64,000 nt of DNA, taken from assembly GCA_029932675.1 (NCBI GenBank), contig JAOZPP010000005.1:12423-76422 (forward strand), written 5' to 3'. The translations under genes were made by a program, and so were the position numbers. Under the pieces are notes generated by a model. That model was not told the origin of the DNA, did no database searches, and saw only the letters and a program-made list of their open reading frames with translations. Positions 57,969 to 64,000 of this stretch are shown piece by piece. Numbering within the stretch: the stretch's first letter is position 1; each line of letters begins with the position of its first letter. Source of the stretch: a bacterium (lineage in GTDB: Bacteria; SM23-81; DAOVCL01).

Positions 57969-59243
57969 TCAGTAAGAGGATAATCCTAAGGCCTTCTCCA
58001 CTTCTGCTTGGGCTAATCTGTATGCATAGAGGGCCTCAATCCAACCTGCCTGGATGGAGGAGTAGCTTGCTTGAGCATCTAATACCTCAAGCATTGTCAC
58101 AGAGCCTAATTTATACTTCTCCTGAGCCAACCTGAGGTCTTCACGGGCCGCAGAAAGGCTCTCCTTAGTTACCTCCAGGCTTTCCTGGGCTTTATTGAGG
58201 TTCTGGAGGGCTTCCTGGATATCGAGCTGCACCTTCCTCTTGGTTTGCTTCAATCTCAACCGCGCGTTTACCAAGCCCTCTTTTGCCTGATTGATATTGG
58301 CTTTGGTGGAGAGGCCATCAAAGAGGGGCAAGGTAACCGTTCCCCCTATCCGCCAGGTATAGTCCCGGTCAAAGAGGTTCTTGGCTTCAGATGCCTTTTC
58401 ATTCTCCCAGGAGTAGCTGCCGGAGAGGGTCAACCTGGGGAGCCTTCCCCCCTTGGCCATAGAGAGGGTTCCTTCCGCTTTATTCATTTCCGCTTCAGCC
58501 TTTAGAATTTCCGGATGGGTTTCCAATGCCTGTTTGATCAATTTTCCGTAGTCGGCCTCTTCCCCGATCTTCTCCAAGTCGTCCACGATCTCTGTGGGGG
58601 AGTTCAAGGGAAGCCCTAAGGTATGGTTTAACTCTGAACGGGATTGCTTTAGCTGATTTTTTGCATCTATTAAGGCCAGCCTATCCTTTCCCAACTGCAC
58701 CTTCGCCTTGAGCACATCGGAGATGGTTACCGAGCCAAGCCTATAGAGGTTCTCGGCCTTCTTTACCTGTTCTTCGCTCCTCTTCACCGCATCCCCTCTC
58801 ACCTGGAGGAGCCTCTTAGCCCTGAGCAGACCATAATATTTCTGCTTGATCTCCCAAACCAATAAGGATTTGGTGAGCTTAAGCTGTTCCTCATACCATC
58901 TCCGATTTGCCCTCTGGTATTTGATGTTGGCTAAGTTGGATCCGCCATTGTAGATGGATTGTTCCAGGGAGAAGCCTATGGCATAGGACCTTGTCTCCGG
59001 GAAGGACCAATTCTTAGATCTACTATAGCTTGCCTGTGAGTTGAGATGGGGGAGGAAGGCTGACCAGGCCCCCAGCACATTGGCCTTGGCCGCCCGCAGG
59101 TTTGCCTGGGCGTTGAGCATATCCTCATTTTTCTCCAAGGCCAGCTCAATACACTCCTTCAGGGTGAGGGGATGGGAGAGGGGAGAAGAAGAAAGTATTA
59201 GAGGGAGGAGCAAAGTTAAGAGAAAGAAAGTGATCCTTTTCAA
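57969..59243 (-). CDS. TolC-family outer-membrane efflux protein
   Basis: Signal peptide and two repeats of coiled-coil/beta structure. 424 aa. Confidence 0.8.
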   Translation of the reverse strand: MKRITFFLLTLLLPLILSSSPLSHPLTLKECIELALEKNEDMLNAQANLRAAKANVLGAWSAFLPHLNSQASYSRSKNWSFPETRSYAIGFSLEQSIYNGGSNLANIKYQRANRRWYEEQLKLTKSLLVWEIKQKYYGLLRAKRLLQVRGDAVKRSEEQVKKAENLYRLGSVTISDVLKAKVQLGKDRLALIDAKNQLKQSRSELNHTLGLPLNSPTEIVDDLEKIGEEADYGKLIKQALETHPEILKAEAEMNKAEGTLSMAKGGRLPRLTLSGSYSWENEKASEAKNLFDRDYTWRIGGTVTLPLFDGLSTKANINQAKEGLVNARLRLKQTKRKVQLDIQEALQNLNKAQESLEVTKESLSAAREDLRLAQEKYKLGSVTMLEVLDAQASYSSIQAGWIEALYAYRLAQAEVEKALGLSSY

Positions 59244-59251
59244 TTTTCCTC

Positions 59252-59965
59252 CTAAAAAACCTTAAAGAGGTTTTTAAGAACCAGACTGATGATTATCCAA
59301 AGGAGCCACCAACTAAAGACCATTCCGGCTGATTTCTTAAGGTTGAAACCAAAAATTGCCGTGATGCCTATTGAGGCCAAGATTAAAGTCCAGATCTGGA
59401 AGAAGTCTAAGTGGTTCAAGAACTGGTAAAGAATGGTTTTCGATTTCTCGGTAGGCAAGAGGAGGGCAAGGCCTGTCTGGATGTGTAAGGTATTCTTGGC
59501 CAGGATGAGTGGTGTCTTAATTGCTAAAGCTGGAATGGCTATGAAATTGGCATAGCTACAGATAGAGAATACCTGCCGGAAGGAACCCTCTCCCCCTAAG
59601 ATAAGGCTGGCACCGAAGTAAAAGACGCCAGCCTGCACACCGAGGACGAGGAGGAGGCCCAAAGGGGTAAAGATGATTATCTTCCAGTCCCTTCCTCCTT
59701 TTTCCTCCATCCGTTGGATTATCTCCTCTTTCTTCTCTTGGGGGATCCTCTCGCTCCGCAGGATTATCTTTTTCCTCTCCTCCAAGCCGAGAGGGGCCAT
59801 CCGCCAGGCGAAGAGGGTGGTAGCTATGGCCACAATTAGAAAAGGGAGAAACCAGGTAGGGTTCTCTTTCAGATAGGAAAAGAGACGAGTGGGGCTAACG
59901 ATTACCCCCCAAAGCCTAGTTAGGGGCCCCAGTCTACCCTCTTCTATTCCAATTTGTTCTTCCAT
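59252..59965 (-). CDS. Yip1-domain membrane protein (DUF1282-like)
   Basis: Five TM helices with Yip1-type topology. First gene of the efflux cluster. Confidence 0.65.
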   Translation of the reverse strand: MEEQIGIEEGRLGPLTRLWGVIVSPTRLFSYLKENPTWFLPFLIVAIATTLFAWRMAPLGLEERKKIILRSERIPQEKKEEIIQRMEEKGGRDWKIIIFTPLGLLLVLGVQAGVFYFGASLILGGEGSFRQVFSICSYANFIAIPALAIKTPLILAKNTLHIQTGLALLLPTEKSKTILYQFLNHLDFFQIWTLILASIGITAIFGFNLKKSAGMVFSWWLLWIIISLVLKNLFKVF

Positions 59966-60203
59966 TTCTGCTCCTTTTTGGGACTAACTGCCAATTTACC
60001 ATCGGATCATCCGTAAATCGCCTATAAGGTTAAATGAGAGATCTACTATAGAACTTTATAATGCGGCAAGCCAGGGAATTTCTCCTCCGCCCCGGTGGAG
60101 GTTTACCAGTTTGAATTCCGTGAAGGGTAAAGAACATAGGGGGTTTCCCCTGTGGGGGCTCCAATTTAGATTAACGAGCTGAAGGGCCGGATGTTTCAAA
60201 AAA

Positions 60204-60236
60204 GGGGGACAGGCAAAGTGTCCCCCTCTCTTTTGC
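60204..60236 (-). terminator. Rho-independent terminator after tonB
   Basis: Minus strand: GGGGGACActttgccTGTCCCCC followed by TTTTTTG. Confidence 0.65.
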
Positions 60237-60256
60237 TAACCCCTTAAAGCCCCTTT

Positions 60257-60889
60257 TCATTGGGATTTGGCTTCTTTAAGGATAAATCTAACCGGATAGC
60301 TAATCCATACCTTTACTGGCTTATCCCTTTGCATAGCTGGTTTGAACTTGCACTGCATTGCTGCAGCGATGGCCGCCTCATCACACCCTGCTCCTAAGCT
60401 CTTGAGCACTTTAGCATTGACCACATTTCCCTTCTCATCGACCTGGATCTTGAGGATGACCATCCCCTCAACGCCGGCCTTCCGCGCGATCTCTGGATAA
60501 ACAGGCTTGACCAGCTTGATTAACTGAGGTGCTTCATCATAAGGCACAAACTCGGTCTGTTCTGGGGCTGGAGGTGGGGGGGGTGGAGGAGGTTGGGTAA
60601 GGTCGAGGTCGGTTTCCCCAATGGTGACATCCTCCGGAACCTCCTCTGACTCCGTCTCCACGGGGATCGAGGGCCTTGGAGGGGGAGGAGCAACTTTCTG
60701 CTGATGGGTCTCAGGGACATTCTCCACTTGGATGATCTCTTGTTTCTTTATCCCCTCGTATGGTTTCACCTTCATTGAGGGATAAGCCAAGAATAGAAAG
60801 AGGAAAAGGGCTAAGGCAACAGTAATCGCCTTCTCCATCGCCTTTGGATATTGGGCCCTGAGGTTGGCCTGTGGGTTTCTATACTTCAT
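60257..60889 (-). CDS. tonB: Energy transducer TonB (TM anchor, Pro-rich linker, TonB_C domain)
   Basis: PPPPPPPPAPE linker, C-terminal KPVYPEIARKAGVEGMVILKIQVDEKGNVVNAKVLKS. Confidence 0.8.
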   Translation of the reverse strand: MKYRNPQANLRAQYPKAMEKAITVALALFLFLFLAYPSMKVKPYEGIKKQEIIQVENVPETHQQKVAPPPPRPSIPVETESEEVPEDVTIGETDLDLTQPPPPPPPPAPEQTEFVPYDEAPQLIKLVKPVYPEIARKAGVEGMVILKIQVDEKGNVVNAKVLKSLGAGCDEAAIAAAMQCKFKPAMQRDKPVKVWISYPVRFILKEAKSQ

Positions 60890-61308
60890 TGGATACCACC
60901 TCTTTTCTCCTTCTTCGTGCCAAAGCTTACCCTTAAAGCATCGGCCTTTCTTAATTCCTCCATCAGATCAGAGACAATTCCATATCTGGCCCTCTTGTCT
61001 GCGCGCAAGGAGATGATGGTCTTCGGATCATTCTGTAACTTCCTCTTCATCACCTTCTCTACCATTGGGAGCTTTACATCCATATCATCTATCCTTATCT
61101 GGCCTGCTGGATCTATCCAGATGTGGGTTATGTGCCTTCTGGTCTCTATCTTTTGGGTCTTCTCCGCTTTGGGGAGGAGAACCTTTAAGCCAGCATATTG
61201 CTTAAAGACGGTAGATACCATAAAGAAGATGAGCAAAAGGAAGGCTATATCGGCCATCGAGGCTGTGGGTATCAGGCTCTCTACCTTAGATTTTCTGCCA
61301 AAGGTCAT
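60886..61308 (-). CDS. exbD: Biopolymer transport protein ExbD/TolR
   Basis: N-terminus SMADIAFLLLIFFMVSTVF and 140 aa. Confidence 0.85.
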   Translation of the reverse strand: MTFGRKSKVESLIPTASMADIAFLLLIFFMVSTVFKQYAGLKVLLPKAEKTQKIETRRHITHIWIDPAGQIRIDDMDVKLPMVEKVMKRKLQNDPKTIISLRADKRARYGIVSDLMEELRKADALRVSFGTKKEKRGGIQ

Positions 61309-61323
61309 CTAAAAAGCCTCCTT

Positions 61324-61725
61324 TTAGTCTGGAGCGGCCAGGGATATCCGTTTAGCCCCAGCCAACTTGATCTCATCCAATACATCAATCATCGCATTAT
61401 AAGAGGCCATTTTATCAGTTTTTAGGGAGACGATAAGCTTTTCATTTTGCTGCAGTTTCTCCTCTAAGATAGGCCTTATCTGCTCCAGACTCACCGATTT
61501 GCCATCTAAAGCAATCTTATCCTGGGCATTTATCCAGATATTGCAGATATTCTTCTTTCGCACCTTAACGGTGCTTTGGCCATAAGCGGGAAGGGTAAGG
61601 CCTAAGCCCTGATCCCTCTTCATTGTAGTGCTCACCAAGAAGAAGATGATCATCAGAAAAGCGATATCGGCCATAGAAGCGGTGGGAATAGAAGCAGGAG
61701 CCCTTAATTTCTTCTTGATTTCCAT
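61324..61725 (-). CDS. exbD: Biopolymer transport protein ExbD/TolR (second copy)
   Basis: N-terminus SMADIAFLMIIFFLVSTTM and 133 aa. Confidence 0.85.
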   Translation of the reverse strand: MEIKKKLRAPASIPTASMADIAFLMIIFFLVSTTMKRDQGLGLTLPAYGQSTVKVRKKNICNIWINAQDKIALDGKSVSLEQIRPILEEKLQQNEKLIVSLKTDKMASYNAMIDVLDEIKLAGAKRISLAAPD

Positions 61726-61735
61726 AGTTTCTCCT

Positions 61736-62386
61736 TTAAGCTACCTTCTCCCCAAGCTTGGAGGATTTCCCCTCTTTTGAGATCCCCATTTCGGTGAGGG
61801 TTTCTACCATGTCGGTTGAGCTCTCTTCCATATCGATGATCAGCCGATCGATTTTGGAGATGAAGTAGTTATAAAAGGCCTGCATAGGAATAGCAATAGC
61901 CAACCCAGTAGCGGTGGTGATCAAGGCCTCGGAGATCCCTGAGGCCACTAAGGTAGGTTCTACTTCACCTACTTTGGCAATGGCCTCAAAAGCATGGATC
62001 ATTCCGCTTACCGTGCCTAAAAAGCCAAGCATTGGAGCTACATTGACTACAGTGGCTAACCAGACCATCCCCCTTTCCAGGAAGGACATCTCCAAGGATG
62101 CGGCATCTTCGATGGATTTCTCCACATATTCGATTCCTCTCCTTGCCCTCAGGAGGCCAGCATGGAGGATGGCAGCCACTGGTCCTCTGGTGGACTCACA
62201 TAGTTTCACTGCACCATCTAAGCTCCCTGTGGTGAGGGATTCCTTTAATTTTTTCATAAACTTCTTGGTGTTAATGGAGGCGCGAAACAGGGTCCAAAAT
62301 TTAACGATGATGATGACCACTCCCGCAATCAAGGCGAAAAGAAGAGGCCACATGAATATTCCGCCCTTGATGAAAAACTGAACCAT
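61736..62386 (-). CDS. exbB: MotA/TolQ/ExbB proton-channel protein
   Basis: MWPLLFALIAG..., three TM segments, and PMLGFLGTVSGMIHAFEAIA (ExbB/TolQ motif). Confidence 0.85.
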   Translation of the reverse strand: MVQFFIKGGIFMWPLLFALIAGVVIIIVKFWTLFRASINTKKFMKKLKESLTTGSLDGAVKLCESTRGPVAAILHAGLLRARRGIEYVEKSIEDAASLEMSFLERGMVWLATVVNVAPMLGFLGTVSGMIHAFEAIAKVGEVEPTLVASGISEALITTATGLAIAIPMQAFYNYFISKIDRLIIDMEESSTDMVETLTEMGISKEGKSSKLGEKVA

Positions 62387-62431
62387 TTGGTATTCCTCCT
62401 TCGATTAAAGGTTTGAGAGTTACGCCTACAG

Positions 62432-62466
62432 ACTTAAATATAATTTTATTCTCCCGACCTGTCAAC
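62432..62466 (-). promoter_or_regulatory. Near-consensus sigma-70 promoter for exbB-exbD-exbD-tonB
   Basis: Minus strand: TTGACA - 17 nt - TATATT (ctgTTGACAggtcgggagaataaaatTATATTtaag), about 45 nt upstream of the exbB ribosome-binding site. Confidence 0.55.
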
Positions 62467-62628
62467 AGTTTTTTGGGTCATTCTTAGAAAAAGGAAATGA
62501 GGTTAAGTTAATGATTTTCCCTTCCCAACGCTCGCAAAGTTCTCCATAGGGGCTTATCCCCTTCAAACTACCCCCAACATTTCGGGATTTCTAAAAAATT
62601 CCGAAAATGTTTCGTTATGGGGTAAATT

Positions 62629-64000
62629 TTACATCATATCTTGCGGGTCAACATCAACAGATATTTTAACCCCGCGCTGAGGGTAATGGACCGCTGGGAG
62701 GACAACTTCTCGCAGATATTTTTTCGCCTCCCTTTCATCTTTGCTCTTCAGGAGCAACCTCCACCTAAACTCGTTCCTTAACTTATAGAGAGGGGCAGGA
62801 GCAGGTCCCAGGATAGTATATGCTACTCCCCTCTCCTCTTCCCTTAATATAGCGGCCAATTCCTCTGCCTTTCTTTGCACTAAGGTTTCATCCTTTCCCC
62901 TGATCAGGAAGGAGATCAGGTGGGTGAAGGGGGGATAGGAGAGCTCTTTCCTCAGTTGGAACTCCTTTTGGTAGAAGCCGGTGTAGTCATATTGGGCGGC
63001 TAACCTAATGGGAGGGCTCTCCGGGGAGGATGTCTGCACTACCACCAGGCCGGGAGAAGGACCCCTTCCCGCACGGCCAGCTACCTGAGTGAGGAGCTGG
63101 AAGGTGCGCTCATTGGCCCGGAAGTCTGGCAGATGAAGGGAGGTATCGGCAGAGATCACCCCCACCAGGGTTACCTGGGGGAAGTGAAGCCCCTTGGCCA
63201 CCATCTGAGTTCCCAAGAGTATTTGGGCCTCTCCTCTGCGGAAGGATTCATAGATCTGGCGATGGGTCCCCTTCCGCGAGGTGGTATCTGTGTCCATCCT
63301 CAGGGTGGTATAATTGGGAAAAAGCCTTTTTACCTCTGCTTCCACCTTCTGCGTCCCCAAACCCCGGTAGATGATCCTGTGTCCCCCGCACTGCGGACAG
63401 TGGGCTGGTGCTTCCTCCCCATATCCACAGTAATGGCAGAGAAGGCTATGGCTCTGGAGGTGGAAGGTTAGGGTTAGGCTACATCGAGGACATTTAGCCA
63501 CAAAGCCGCACTCTTCACATTTTATACAGGTGGAAAAGCCCCTTCTATTCAAGAATAGGATCACCTGATGGCCCTCCCTCAGCCTCTTGGCCATCTCCTC
63601 CTGCAGGGTCAGGGAGAATACCCCCCAGTTTCCCCTCTCCCTTTCCGTCCGCATATCCACGATGGTCACAGGGGGAAGGGGTGTCTTCCCCACCCTTTGA
63701 GGGAGCCTGAGGAGCTTGTATTTACCGATCTGGCAGTTGTGCAGGCTTTCTATGGAGGGGGTAGCGGAACCGAGGATGACTACTGCTCGATTAAGTTTGG
63801 CCCTGACCACTGCCAGATCCCGGGCATTATACCGCGGGGCAGGATCTTTCTGCTTATAAGAAGGGGAATGCTCCTCATCGACGATGATCAGACCCAACTT
63901 CCTCAAGGGGGCAAATATGGCCGACCTAGCCCCGATGACGACAGCGTGTTTTCCTTCCCTAATCTTCCTCCAACTATCATACCTCTCCCCGGAGGAGAGA
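62629..64000 (-). CDS. priA: Primosomal protein N' (PriA helicase), C-terminal ~455 aa; N-terminus beyond window
   Basis: Zinc-binding CxxC clusters (CIKCEECGFVAKCPRCSLTLTFH...CHYCGY...CPQCG) and helicase C-domain motifs. The reading frame remains open to the window end. Confidence 0.9.
   Translation of the reverse strand, partial: LSSGERYDSWRKIREGKHAVVIGARSAIFAPLRKLGLIIVDEEHSPSYKQKDPAPRYNARDLAVVRAKLNRAVVILGSATPSIESLHNCQIGKYKLLRLPQRVGKTPLPPVTIVDMRTERERGNWGVFSLTLQEEMAKRLREGHQVILFLNRRGFSTCIKCEECGFVAKCPRCSLTLTFHLQSHSLLCHYCGYGEEAPAHCPQCGGHRIIYRGLGTQKVEAEVKRLFPNYTTLRMDTDTTSRKGTHRQIYESFRRGEAQILLGTQMVAKGLHFPQVTLVGVISADTSLHLPDFRANERTFQLLTQVAGRAGRGPSPGLVVVQTSSPESPPIRLAAQYDYTGFYQKEFQLRKELSYPPFTHLISFLIRGKDETLVQRKAEELAAILREEERGVAYTILGPAPAPLYKLRNEFRWRLLLKSKDEREAKKYLREVVLPAVHYPQRGVKISVDVDPQDMM

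Overview
This 64-kb window is from a bacterium of roughly 50% GC. Secreted proteins carry type IX secretion (T9SS, Por) C-terminal sorting domains, so it probably belongs to the FCB superphylum or an allied candidate lineage, yet it also encodes a full flagellar export and motor cluster. Coordinates located by eye for the small RNA, promoters and terminators are approximate (+/- 2 nt). The layout is as follows. (1) Positions 1-8300, minus strand: a partial signal-peptide beta-helix (bactofilin-like) gene, then a four-gene operon of a TonB-dependent receptor and three T9SS-sorted secreted proteins, two of them YVTN beta-propellers. This operon lies downstream of a cobalamin (B12) riboswitch that the ORF track does not show; the riboswitch has its own sigma-70-like promoter and intrinsic terminator. 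(2) Positions 8565-36800, plus strand: a Bacillus/spirochaete-style flagellar locus (flgC fliE fliF fliG fliH fliI fliJ flbB-like fliK flgD flgE, a beta-propeller lipoprotein, flbD motA motB fliL fliM fliN fliO fliP fliQ fliR flhB flhA flhF flhG fliA), followed by a FliK-like gene and a FapA/DUF342-like gene. No flgB and no che genes are present in the window. (3) Positions 36800-47660: an 840-nt AT-rich leader and a low-GC block encoding a 979-aa TonB-dependent receptor-like barrel, a 1146-aa T9SS-type cargo protein, a PorV/UPF0164-like outer-membrane barrel and a 774-aa Cys-rich T9SS cargo protein, closed by a perfect bidirectional terminator. (4) Positions 47688-64000, minus strand: a DUF362 Fe-S protein, a CDP-alcohol phosphatidyltransferase, recN, a NAD kinase, an MBL hydrolase, a MacAB-TolC-type efflux set (two FtsX permeases, an ATPase, HlyD, TolC) preceded by Yip1, then tonB-exbD-exbD-exbB and a partial priA. 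The most interesting signal is the B12 riboswitch governing a TonB-dependent receptor plus T9SS-anchored beta-propellers, which may be a BtuG-like surface B12-capture system. A recurring intergenic hairpin element has three copies, and a heptanucleotide coding repeat sits in a T9SS sorting domain.
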